From Mayamaea pseudoterrestris (taxonomy: Eukaryota): a stretch of DNA of 64,000 nt. Positions 33,538 through 44,808 of the stretch are shown in pieces (position 1 is the first letter of the stretch; every line of letters starts with the position of its first letter). Under the pieces are notes generated by a model, which was not told where the DNA came from, did no database searches, and saw only the letters and a program-made list of their open reading frames with translations. Where the stretch lies: the NCBI GenBank assembly GCA_027923505.1, contig BROI01000018.1:620001-684000 (forward strand), read 5' to 3'. The position numbers and the translations under genes were made by a program.

Positions 33538-35722
33538 CTACCGATTCCACCACAGCTCTTGGGCATCCAAGTCTCGCAGACTCTCAATCTTTTTCATGTA
33601 TATTTTGCTGTTTCGACTGCGATTATATGTTGCTTGTCGGCTCGGAGGCAGACGGTCAACGTCAACTTCTTCAAAGCCGCGTTCAACAAACCATTCCATA
33701 GTCTGCGTGCTCAAGACGAAGATGGACGTGCAGCCATTCTCAACCGATAGTCGTTCCAAGTAGCCAAGCATAGCGTCACCGCGTCCGCGGCTTCGGTAAT
33801 CCTTGTTAACGACAAGGCATCCAATTTCGGCGAATCCGTCCTCAAACTGCTTCAATTGGCCGCACGCCACGATATGATTGTCGCGTGTATATACGTAATA
33901 CATGTCAACGTCCTTTTCAAGTGTTGCTCTTGGACGATCCACCAACGTGCCCATTTGAATGAGCGGCGCAATGAGGTCGTGTATGCCGGCCACGTCGTTG
34001 ACATCAGCCCGACGGATACCTTCGTACAAGTCGCCTGAAATGAGCGTTCCGCTTCCATCACGCGTATACAGTTCCTGCAAAAGGGCTCCGTGCTTGGGAG
34101 ATATAATATGAGCTCGCTTGACGCCTTGTTCGAGCGCCTGCATGGCATATCCAATCTTTAAAAGCATCTGCACCGCAAACTTGTCATATTTTGGATTGTT
34201 TGGGCCCATGGTAACGTATCCCTTCTTGTGGACCGATATGCCCGAGTACTTGAGTAAGTTGCGAGCATCGGATAGCCGAAGACTTTGTATCTTATTCCCA
34301 CTGCTCGTGTGCCGAAGTTCCGTTTCCTTGTCTGTAAAGTAAATGACCTTGCTTGCCCCCAATGCTCCCGCAACTGCCGCCGCCAAGCTCTCCGAATTGC
34401 AGTTGAACACTTCCCCACTCGGACTGACGCCAAGCGTTGTAAGTAGACAAATGTCTCGTCCGTCCAATACTTGACGAATCTTTTGCGCTTCTACTCGTCG
34501 GACAAAGCCAGTGAATCTGTTTTAAAGGTGCGAAAGAGGCATTGTTTGTAAACTCGGTTGTACGTATAATTCCTCGTGCCGCGCATTTGCAGGAAAAAAT
34601 GACCATCAGGTACAGTACTCACTTGTAATCCACTCCATCGCGTACTCCAAACGGCTGCGCCGAGTAAAAGTTGCCACTGACAACGTTACCATCAAAATTG
34701 CCCGCATGGTCCAAATTCACCGTCTTTTCAGCACCACTTCCGCCTTGTATCCGCAGCGACCTAGCCAGCTGCCGCTCCACTTCGAATCGCACATAGCCAG
34801 CCTCCTCCTTGACAATGCGCAGCGTTTCCTCGTCCGTGACGCGCAGGGCGCCGTCGTGCAGTTTGCTATTGGGTGACCACCAGTGATCCTCGCGTTGACG
34901 ACGACTCTCTTTTGTTACATGGTTGTCGTTATTATCGTTACCATTATCCAAAAGATGCAGTTGTTTTTCTCGTTGAATCCTTCGCTCAATCTGATGGCGA
35001 CATCCAACTACCAATACAACCTTCATGCCAAGCAACCAGGTGAGTGAAATGTCATTCATTAGATTGCGAAAGGCTTCCGAATTATTAGAATCATTGTCTT
35101 GTTCGGTCAAAATACTTCCGGGAATGTGATAGACGGCAAGCGTGTTGCGGTGATTGGCAATGTAATTGGCGCTTCCGCGAAACATTCCGACGAATGGAAT
35201 GTTGAGTGGAAGTTGCTGCTGCTGCTGCTGCTGCTCGCGTGCAGCATCAAGTGGCAATGTTGAGTCTTTATTGCTGCTGTCAGTATTATTATCTTGCACC
35301 GTGACGATTTGAATATTGCTCGGATCAATGGCAAGGACGGCACTCGATATTGATTGTGGTTGTAGCGGAATGCTTCCAGTGGATGCTGCCCCAGTGGAAG
35401 TGTCGCCATTGACGGCAATATTATAATTTCGACTGAGTACTTCATTGTTGCGTAGATTGAGTGGCATGGATCGTCCGCCATCAGCGTCTGCTTCGGAAGA
35501 ACCCGAGGACGTTGCCGACAAGGGTCGAGATTGTGAAGCGATCGTTCCCAGCGAGCGCCGCTGGAGCGACGACGCCGAACTAGACGCTGAGAATGCTCTC
35601 GTCAAAATCGGATATTTCAATATTAAAAAAAGAGAGGCGAGTCTGTTCCGCATGTTGTTACTCCCGATTGACGTAGAAAAATGGAGTAAAGGTCTTGATG
35701 CCGCGTGAAGCAGTCGAAGCAT
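33538..35722 (-). CDS. NAGS: N-acetylglutamate synthase (ArgA type: AAK + GNAT); exons 35722-34623, 34516-33538
   Basis: FRGSANYIANHR, RVTDEETL..VKEEAG, VVSGNF..AQPFGVRDGVDYKFTG.VR, GVKRAHII, LLQELYTRDGSGTLI, AEIGCLVV...YR..GRG, FVLSTQTMEWF.ERGF and RNSKIY.K. Confidence 0.95.
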
Positions 35723-36277
35723 TCACTCGTCGACCGGCAGAGCGATTGAGTGACAGCGATCGTTTTCTCTTCGATGCTATTCTCTCTTTCAGTATTCGAA
35801 TAGACTAAACGCTAGACAAAGTGGTAGCGATGTAGCTTGCATTCACTCGGACGCATCTGGTCGGCAGCATGCACGAGAGCCAAAGTGCGGTTGCGGAAGA
35901 AAGGCAGCATGTAAGTGTCGTTCCGCGACTAGATATCGATTTCAATACCGCTTGAGTTCCTGCGACACTCTTTGGCAGCGAAACGTCGCGAGACGAATGG
36001 ACCACCCGCCTCCTCGCGCCATAATCAATCTCGTTCCTGGTTAATCTCTCGCTCATTCTCCATTGTCAATAACTAAACGAGGGAGAGAGGACGGTTACAG
36101 GACAAGCAATCTCGTGCTAGTGGGAGGAGGTGGATTGACTTGAGCAGATCAGCATCTGCAGCAGCGGCGTGGCTTTTTGTCTTTCTGCGAGACAGCGCGG
36201 CCGAAGGAGACTGGCTGGAGCGCTTTGTTTAAAACGCTGCAGCTACTGCCTTTTGAGTGACGTCATATACTAGTAGC

Positions 36278-38599
36278 ATGAGACGCTCGACGGAACCAAC
36301 GAGTGGAGCGAACGGTCCGCTGAAGAAAAAGTTTGGCAAGAATTTAAACAAGCTTGTCAAGCCTGCCGCTCCCCCCATTGTTTCCAATAGTGGAGCTCAC
36401 AATGCACGAAATGGACTGCTTCTGTTGAGTACAAAGAAAGCGGCTAGCAAGGAATCGGCTGGTCCAGGTCTGCTGTCAAAGCAGCCGCCCAAGGAAGTTA
36501 CTGTTGCGGCATCGCCATCAAACACTTCCGCTTCTGCAACAGCGGCTACTGTCAGCAAACCGGCCTACGAATCCAAAGCGGCTTCGACGCATGATGTATT
36601 ATTGAATGCCGTCAAGGGAGCATTGCTCGAGCCGCAAACGCCATTGGATGCCTGGGGCGTGCAGCAGCAGCAACTTGAGGCGGCGGCAGCGAGTAGTGAG
36701 GAACATGACAATGCAGCAATCTTGCCGTCTGAAGCAAACAGCTCTGAATCGAAGGAGCGAGAAGCATCTGAGTCTCCCCTCATTGATACAGATACTATTG
36801 GTCGAGCTCAATTTACGCATGTTGCTCCGTCTTGGGATGAGTATGGCGGACGCGATGCCACAGCAGTCGCGTCAAAGCGAGTTTCAGCTGTTGCTCTGCC
36901 ACCCAAGCCAGTTATTGCCATGATTCAAAAGCGACCTGAAGGTGAAGCAATTGCAGAAACAAAGTTGAACGAGACGGAGGAAGCGAAGGCTGCCGCATCC
37001 TTGGCACAAGAGTCGGCGAAACAAATTCAGCAGCAGGACACGATGGAGGCGCCTCGTCTTGATGCTGCTGTCGCCCATGCAACAAACGTAAAGACGGTGG
37101 AAAGTCGCCAACTCTGGTCTCCCGAGCCAGTGGCCGCATCAAACGAAGCTCAACCTATCGGACAGAAGGAAGCGAACGCAAAGACGCTTGACGTTGCGTA
37201 TCAGATGAACGGACCTACGCCGTTGAAGCATCAGGGGCCGCAACCGCCCACGCCTGCGACAAGCACGCAACCAGTCATTTACTTGGCAAGTTACGAGGAT
37301 CGCAATCGCGGCGAGCAAGACAAGCAGAATCAGTCGACCCGCATGTTGTACGATCCAAGAAGTGGATCAATGGTGGCTGTTGGGACCTTGGGCAACGGTC
37401 GAAAGGATGTGTCGGCGGCTAGAGGGTCCCGAAACTCAAAACCAGCAAATGCTCCAAAGTCAAATGCTCGTCGCGACAAGACGAAAGACAGTGGGTCTCC
37501 GGCGTTGAGTTCCACAAAGGCGAGCTTTAGCAATGGTGGCAAGGACGACATGATGGACGAGAAACGTCATCTTTTGTCCAAGCAGAGCTATGGCAACTCT
37601 AATTTGCAGCCTATGTCATCGGTAAACAATGTACATCGTCCTTTTCCTCGTACATGCGGCGTCCTGTACTCGCGCGACGACGAGGGAAACCTTTATTGCG
37701 TTGATGGGTGTGAGGGTGATCTTGGGTATGGGATGCATTCTGTGCCTGGTGGACGAATGGAGAATACAGCCGCCTACGCTGAATACAAGAGAAAGTATCA
37801 CCATTCTGCACGCGTCTACAAGGTGTCAGATGATCATGGCTACGAGCGTTACACGACAACTACTGCTCATGCCCGTTTTGGGGCGTCCAAGCTTCTTGCC
37901 AAGGAAGCCAATATGTCACTGTACACCGGTCTTACGGCTGCCGACAAGGACGAGGAGTTTATTTCTACACCGCTTGAGTATGTTCGCGCTGATGACAAGC
38001 TGGAGCTTGTGACTGGAGACGACGACACTCCGACTTTAAAACCCACGGCACGTGCTTGGGCACCTAGCCAGACGGCAATTGCTGCGGCAGCAGCTGCTCG
38101 TGTCGAGGGGAAGAATGCAACAAATGGAAATGAGCAGGAAATGGATGATAGTGGCGACGACGACGATGGTCCTTTGGGTCTTGGCTTTGACCCGACGCAG
38201 GGCATGGATTTTGAGCTTGAGTCGCCTTCCCACGAACGACGCGATACTAGTCGCCTCGGTTTGATAACCATGAGTGCTTTGTCTCTGGAGCCGTCTGGAT
38301 TTAAAACTACTGATGCCGAAGAAACCGATAGCGGCGGCGTGCCTCGTCACCTATTTGGCTTTGGTGCGTCGGGAACTTGGGGCGTCAACACAGATGCGTC
38401 GTCAAGCGGCGCGAGCGAGTGGGAGTTGCCACGTACTAACGATGCGGCGAGTTTGTTTGGCGGCGGTATTTTTCAGGTACAGAAAGATGATAATCGCGAT
38501 CCAAGTGCCGCATTTATCACTATATCGAGCAGCAACTCGTGGTCGGCACCTTCGTTGGCAACGAAAAACATCTCGACGACCCCAGCTGGCATTGAATGA
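36278..38599 (+). CDS. Low-complexity hypothetical protein, possibly BAT2/PRRC2-N-like
   Basis: Long uninterrupted ORF. The N-terminal KKKFGKNLNKL..GLLLLS..AWG pattern and the later LYDP motif weakly resemble BAT2_N proteins. Confidence 0.7.
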   Translation: MRRSTEPTSGANGPLKKKFGKNLNKLVKPAAPPIVSNSGAHNARNGLLLLSTKKAASKESAGPGLLSKQPPKEVTVAASPSNTSASATAATVSKPAYESKAASTHDVLLNAVKGALLEPQTPLDAWGVQQQQLEAAAASSEEHDNAAILPSEANSSESKEREASESPLIDTDTIGRAQFTHVAPSWDEYGGRDATAVASKRVSAVALPPKPVIAMIQKRPEGEAIAETKLNETEEAKAAASLAQESAKQIQQQDTMEAPRLDAAVAHATNVKTVESRQLWSPEPVAASNEAQPIGQKEANAKTLDVAYQMNGPTPLKHQGPQPPTPATSTQPVIYLASYEDRNRGEQDKQNQSTRMLYDPRSGSMVAVGTLGNGRKDVSAARGSRNSKPANAPKSNARRDKTKDSGSPALSSTKASFSNGGKDDMMDEKRHLLSKQSYGNSNLQPMSSVNNVHRPFPRTCGVLYSRDDEGNLYCVDGCEGDLGYGMHSVPGGRMENTAAYAEYKRKYHHSARVYKVSDDHGYERYTTTTAHARFGASKLLAKEANMSLYTGLTAADKDEEFISTPLEYVRADDKLELVTGDDDTPTLKPTARAWAPSQTAIAAAAAARVEGKNATNGNEQEMDDSGDDDDGPLGLGFDPTQGMDFELESPSHERRDTSRLGLITMSALSLEPSGFKTTDAEETDSGGVPRHLFGFGASGTWGVNTDASSSGASEWELPRTNDAASLFGGGIFQVQKDDNRDPSAAFITISSSNSWSAPSLATKNISTTPAGIE

Positions 38600-38929
38600 T
38601 GGTCTGCATGTACGGAGTGAAGTAAGGTACCGTATTACCCCACTTTATTCTTCGAGTGGAGCGTATTTGACGTATTATCAACCCAACTAGTCAGGTTTCT
38701 GCGCGTTGGCCGTCGTAACGAATTTACTTGGCAGTGGCAAGACGACGGGCTTGCAATCTACCTTGATCCGGATTATGCAAGAGTAATGACTAATTTATCG
38801 AAGCGTTAAAAGCTATCATTCTTTAATCTTTACCTTTGACGATTTACTTTATTCTGTTATAAATAGAGAGGCAGCCGACTGCTTGGACGACTACTCGATC
38901 TCCAACCAATCAATCTGCCATGCTCCAAT

Positions 38930-40542
38930 TTAAAGCCATTCTAAAAATGAATGAAACCCTGGATGCCCCATGTTCCCATTACCTAGAATGAGTCTTTGGT
39001 CGCTGCCAAAGCGTATGGCAGTGCCCCCGCATCCGTACCGTTTAAACTGCATCGTGACTTGTTGGAACCTTTTCTTGGGCTTGTCGGTGGGTGCTCGACC
39101 AACAAATAAGATGTCCTGCGCTTTACTCACTGGTGGCACCCAACTCGCGTCTGGCTGGATTGTACCACCCCATTGACTGTTTGCATCCTCTCCAAAGCAA
39201 TAATTGGTACCATCCAACTGATTCTGAACCACGTAAATGTCAGGTCGACCATTATTGTCAACATCAATAATCTCCAAGTCGGGAGCAGCAAACGGAAGGG
39301 TTGCTTGATACCAAGGTGTATAAAAGTCAAAGTAGGGAGCTTTCTCTCGCCCCTGGAACACCAACAGCGTGCTTGCTTGCGCATCTTCGTTGACGGCTAT
39401 CAAATCGAGACGACCATCACCCGTGACATCGGCCACTCGCACATTACTCCATCTTGCTGTGGCTGAAAGTTCCGAAAGCTTTAGCATTTTCCATCGTCCA
39501 GATAAAGTTTGAGTGTAAATCGCTGGTGGCAGTGGTCTATGGCAAAGTATAAGATCGTCGACTCCGTTGCCCGTAATGTCGACGGCAATCGCTGCAATCG
39601 CATCGGATATCACCTTCCAGGGCGCAGTGTCTGCTTGCACTTCTGTGAACCATGGTCGACTGGTCATTGATTTGAAGTCATTGCGAAACATGATATGCTT
39701 ATTGTACTTGCCATCCGTTCGTGGCACATCTCCTTCGACCCCTACAAACAGAAGTTTCGTGTCGTTTGGTCCTCGGAGCGTCGTGGCGATGCGGTTACGC
39801 ATTGTCGGGTACTTGTTGTTACCGAGCGTCTTGTCCATTATTTTGATCAGTGCTCCGTTCGACTCGGTCAGGTAGACTTCGCCGTATCCGATTCCTTTTC
39901 CCTGGCCAGCTCCGACAGTACAAATAACATCTTCAAGTCCGTCCCCGTTGATATCCATGTGAGTGCATCCGTGTCTATCCATCGTAATTTTGCCAATCTC
40001 GGCATTGAAAATGTTAATCGTGTCCAGCACCGACGTTTCGCTCATTTTCCAAGTGCCGTCTGCTTGCAGGCACCATGGACTCTCGTTGATGGCTTGATGA
40101 CCGACGAACCACATGGTTGGTAAGCCCTGGCACCATGGTGAACCTTCCGGCATTGACATTGAATTGAGGATCTGTGAAGAAACAAGTTGAAATTGGTGAC
40201 AGTGATGTACTCCAAAATGATAAAGCTTGAAATTGCCTGCATGCCACTTTCATCTGCAATCCTTACCTTGGTGGCAGGTCGCTGCTCTACAATAGTCACG
40301 GTGGGTTGATAGCTCATAGACTTCGTCGTCTGCTGTAGTCTTCTCGAGATTGTAAAAACATCTTCGTTGTTTGTTCTATTGTCAGCAAGAAAACCTTTCG
40401 TATCTACTCTGACAGTGACGTTGACGTTGTCCATGTCATCAGTTAACTCGCTTGTGCGACCGAGAACTACGAGAATCATGATAACTGTGGCAAGAACAAC
40501 GGCAAAAATAAAGCTCCTCCATGGCTTGCAGCGCTTCTCCAT
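38930..40542 (-). CDS. Type II membrane protein with FG-GAP/VCBS Ca-binding repeats; exons 40542-40267, 40171-38930
   Basis: N-terminal TM helix and a phase-0 intron. Repeats are DINGDGLEDV, DITGNGVDDL, DVTGDGRLDL and DVDNNGRPDI. Confidence 0.85.
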
Positions 40543-40746
40543 GGCAACAGTTGATTCTCGTAACCAACACTTGATTCACTGATTCGTTTAAAACAGGGAT
40601 TGGTGCTTTGATAAGTCTTGCATTCAGTCATCGAGCAAAGAATGAGGCTTCGGTGAAGTAACGGAGCAATGGAAATGACTTCTTGTAATGTCCGCCGCGT
40701 GTGCATCGCGAATGATTCTTGTTCCATCTTTACAGTTAAATCATGC

Positions 40747-41047
40747 TGACGTAGTTTTCACTGGCACTGGTTTCGTACTATTGCCCTATGACGCAGTTTT
40801 CACTGGCACTTGTTTCGTACTATTGCCTCATGACACGTTTTTTAACTGGCACTCGTTTCACATAAGTGCATGCTGACGCAGTTTTCACTGGCACTCGTTT
40901 CGTACTATTGCCTTGTGACGCAGTTTTCACTGGCACTCGTTTCGTGCTATAGCCTTGTGACGTAATTGACATTGGCACTCGTTTCGTACTATTGCCTCAT
41001 GACGCAGTTTTCACTGGCACTCGTTTCACATTATTGCCCAATGATGC
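40747..41047. repeat. 42-bp tandem repeat array 3 (7 units plus partial)
   Basis: Units begin TGAC at 40747, 40789, 40831, 40874, 40916, 40958 and 41000. The consensus matches arrays 1 and 2. Confidence 0.97.
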
Positions 41048-41137
41048 GAGAATGATCGACTGTTGATCAAAGAGTACATCGTGAGGAACGGCGCGCCGTC
41101 GCGGCACGGTATGATAGCCATCGAAACATTCCATCCA

Positions 41138-42319
41138 ATGCTTTCGTTCCGTTCGCTCTCAAGCATCTCGTTCCTCCTGTTAACAAACTTGTTGTGTCAA
41201 AGTCTCTTCTTTATTGTCAATACAAGAGCCTACTCTTTATCAGGCGCAGAGAACATGTGGCCATCCAGCACTCGAACGCTTTCCACTCGCATTGTTTCCT
41301 ACAATGTCCTTTCCTCGCATCTCGCCCAACCGTCGCACTACTCAACCTATCCAGTGGAACACTTGGATGCATCCAATCGACTCGCCATTGTCTTGCAGAA
41401 ACTCCAAACTGAACTGGACGCCAATAAGCGTGTCATTTTCTGTCTTCAGGAAGTCTCGCATGATTGGGCTGGAGCGCTGCATACATTCTTTTCTAATCGC
41501 AACTACTACATGGTGACTGGCAATTACGGCAAGGCCTTTAACGGATACATGGGAGTCTGCATGGCATGGCCAACCAAGGAACTGGAGACTGTTGATGTGA
41601 GCATGGCGCGACTGAGTGACCAGCGCGTCGATGGATGGCCGCCTGCCGATCAAGTCGGCGCCTGCATGAATGTAGTCAAGTCGATTCAAAAGATTTACTA
41701 CAGACTCACCAAGACTTGGCCAAAGGCAGAACCATGGGCGGATGCGGAGCGCCGCAACAATATCATTCTGACAGCCACACTGCGCGATCGAGAGACGCGC
41801 AAGTCGTTTCTGGTTGCAACATATCACATGCCGTGCGCCTTTTATGCGCCACCCATCATGACGATTCACTCGGAAATGGCGGCGCAGTACACGCAAAGGA
41901 TTGCGGCGGAACAAGGAGACGTTCCATATGTACTTGCAGGAGACTTTAACATAAAGCCTGGCGATGCCCCATACAAGCTGCTGCTTACGGCGGATGCTTC
42001 AGTAAGCATGGATGAGGCGAGTATTCCACCCACTCGAAATGGATTTGCGTGGAAATCTGCGCCACTGGCTCCCATGCGGAGCGCGTATGCCGAGTGTCTC
42101 CAAACGGAACCTGATTTTACCAATTTCGCACGGACGGGTGACAAGGAACCCTTTATTGATACGCTCGATTATATTTTTATTTCTAAGGAATGGAAAGTGG
42201 ACGACGTTTTGAAGCTTCCACATCGCGACGTAGCAAAGGGTCCCTTTCCCAATCTGGATGCCAATGAACCAAGCGATCACGTTCTCATTGCAGCGGACTT
42301 GTCATTGAAGAGTTCGTAA
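41138..42319 (+). CDS. EEP-family (CCR4/nocturnin/angel-like) phosphatase or nuclease with signal peptide
   Basis: IVSYNVLS, CLQEV, VATYHMPC, LAGDFN.KP, SAY, FTN, LDYIF and PSDH. The N-terminus is hydrophobic and ends in TRA-Y. Confidence 0.88.
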   Translation: MLSFRSLSSISFLLLTNLLCQSLFFIVNTRAYSLSGAENMWPSSTRTLSTRIVSYNVLSSHLAQPSHYSTYPVEHLDASNRLAIVLQKLQTELDANKRVIFCLQEVSHDWAGALHTFFSNRNYYMVTGNYGKAFNGYMGVCMAWPTKELETVDVSMARLSDQRVDGWPPADQVGACMNVVKSIQKIYYRLTKTWPKAEPWADAERRNNIILTATLRDRETRKSFLVATYHMPCAFYAPPIMTIHSEMAAQYTQRIAAEQGDVPYVLAGDFNIKPGDAPYKLLLTADASVSMDEASIPPTRNGFAWKSAPLAPMRSAYAECLQTEPDFTNFARTGDKEPFIDTLDYIFISKEWKVDDVLKLPHRDVAKGPFPNLDANEPSDHVLIAADLSLKSS

Positions 42320-42618
42320 GGGTGCGGTGTCAAAACGATTGTGCAGATGGCGCCAGCATTACCAGTCGTATGTCTGATGTCTTGCGCGAAAGTGTGTTAT
42401 TGATAACTTGAACGTGTTAAAGATAGTGCATGGCAGCTTATATCGTTACCAATAATACATGTATTGATTTCTTAAATTCGTATCGAGTGCGGCGGCATTA
42501 CCAGCAGTTGATATATAATCTTCACGTATCGAGTCGATGAAATCTTCACGGCATTCGATACGCGATTCATGCGCCGATTCCAAATTCACAAACATTTTCC
42601 TTCACTATCATTTACTGA

Positions 42619-43421
42619 CTATGTAATAGTCTGGTTGGCGGGGACGATTACGGCCTTTTCCGCGGTGGGCGTTTCCGAAGCGGGCAAACGAGTGATCCGA
42701 GTCGTGGTTGTTGTGGTTGACAGGCCGACGGCTGGATGCTGCCGTGTCGCTCCGTACTGCCGCAAATGAGCAATGGCCGCGTAACTCGTCAAGTCAATGG
42801 GAGACCTGCGTGTTCCAGGAACAATGACAACTGTTCGGCCGTCCATGTCGGCAGCATACTTAAATCCAGTTGCCACTGCCAAAGCCTTTTTGCGTTGGGG
42901 TGGAGTCTGAGCGATTCGATCAAGGGCAGAACCCGAGCCTTGTGGATTGGAATACTGATTGCTATTAAGTTGGTTCGTATCGCTTGGAATGACATTACTT
43001 TCGTATGGCTTTGACGCAATGCGCTGGTTGGTTTGTCCCTTGCAGCAATACGCGTCCGGCACGACTTTCATGAGTTCGCTTCCGGTACAGCAGTATGACT
43101 GCGACAGAGAGGAAGATTAGAAATGCATATCAATCGCAGTTAGTTCCATCCATTCAGCATGAATATACGTACTTCTGTTGGATAGTGATCCGAAAACGTG
43201 GATCGAAAAAAGTCTTTGAGCACATTGACAAAGGACGTTTCTGATTCGGACCTCGCCTCTTGAGGACGCAAAACCTTTCCAGGAGCAGCTGGATCTCGTT
43301 GGTCTTCTTCAATAGAATCAGAGTCGTCTGCGCGGCCACACAAAATGTCTTCCGTGTCGTCTTCGTACATTTCTCGTGCGGATAGAACTTTGTCTTGACG
43401 CAGTGGATCCGTCGCCATCAT
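42619..43421 (-). CDS. Hypothetical protein; exons 43421-43173, 43098-42619
   Basis: Two ORFs are joined in phase by a GTACGT..TCGCAG intron at 43172-43099. No family was recognised. Confidence 0.55.
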
Positions 43422-44187
43422 GATAGGTTGTTTGATTGATTCCTCGGTTGTCGGTGGCAAAACAGCGCCCTGCGTGGTTCCTGTTCTTCGCAACAGCGCT
43501 CAAAGCAGCAAATACTGATGAAGGTGAAAGGTGATGTACCAGCTACTCCGTCGAGCGATACTGCACGTCAGTCTCGTGGTTATGACACTGTTCTTCGACC
43601 TATCCGTATCGTCCAAGTTGTCACGCACTTGGCGAACGGATGCCCCAGCAAAAGACCAGCAATGCTCAAGGTTATTTAGAACAATAAGCAACCTCTCAAC
43701 GCTTGATGCAACGCATCCACGTCGTCCATGTGCGCTCGACTTCCCGACAGAATTTGGGTGTCGATGGTCGGCTCGCTCGCCTTAGCGAATGTCAATTGTG
43801 AGTCATGATGTGACAGATTCAACATTCCGTCAGTGAGCTACCTGTACTCCTCCTTGTAATCTAAACTAGCTTGTCGAAAGTAAACAAAATGCATAGATCT
43901 AGAGACACTAAGCTGCTACTGGTAAGTGGACTTAATCTACCGGCAATTTCATACTGAAGGGTGTCACCAGTCACGAATTAATCTTTCGAGTCATGACGCC
44001 GGGCGTTCTTAAAAGGTATCCTATATCGATAAAATATTGGCGCGTCGAATCTGCAACGACCAGATATCGGTACATCAGCGAGTCCGTCCGCCTGTCGCTT
44101 CCACGCTTCGCCGCGAGTAGTCGCTGTTGTCATTTACTTTCCATCACGACCCGACGCCACAACAAGGACTTGACTGATACTATTACC

Positions 44188-44808
44188 ATGGCTGACAATA
44201 CTGATCAATATTCTATGCCTCCCGGCAACTCTCTAGTGCCAGCTGCAGCTCGCGCCGACGCGACGGCGCCAGCTGAAGCTCGCGCCGACGGCACTGTTTG
44301 GGCTTGGATTGGTGACACCGTGGACGCGATCCGATCGTTTTTCGTCGACCCGCCGGAGGAGGAAGAGGAGGAGGAGGAGGATGACGCTGGCGTCCAGATG
44401 GAAGTTCCTGCCCACGCGGGGCGCGCCGAGAATTTGGATCATGCTCAAGTCGACAATGTCGCGCCTCCTGTAGTTCGCGAGCCTGCGGTGCAACCTCCAC
44501 CGTTTGGGGGCCTTCGATTCGACGAGTACGGCCGTGTTTTGAACACAAGCGACAGAATGAATGAACCTTGCGAAAAGTGCTCCATTGACCCACGCAATTC
44601 AACAACAACGTTTTGTCCAAATCACCGCCCGTTTGCGCATCCTATTCTTTCCGTCGCATTAAATGTTCTTGTACCGGAACACATTAATGACAGTTGGCCT
44701 CAAACTAAGTATAAAGTACCCTGCAAGGTTTGCCGCCCCATTCCTGCTGAGAATCCCGCTGATTGGACGTTGGTATGCTGCACAAAGCACAAACATTATC
44801 GGGCGTAA
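44188..44808 (+). CDS. Hypothetical protein with poly-Glu tract and two CxxC..CxxH motifs
   Basis: accATGg start context, with CEKC-x11-CPNH and CKVC-x14-CCTKH. Confidence 0.6.
   Translation: MADNTDQYSMPPGNSLVPAAARADATAPAEARADGTVWAWIGDTVDAIRSFFVDPPEEEEEEEEDDAGVQMEVPAHAGRAENLDHAQVDNVAPPVVREPAVQPPPFGGLRFDEYGRVLNTSDRMNEPCEKCSIDPRNSTTTFCPNHRPFAHPILSVALNVLVPEHINDSWPQTKYKVPCKVCRPIPAENPADWTLVCCTKHKHYRA

Noticed and set aside
4300..38599. Translation-control cluster (METTL, eIF4E2, CDC123, eIF2-alpha kinase, PRRC2-like)
   Set aside because: The genes are not contiguous and there is no evidence of co-regulation. Synteny data would be needed.
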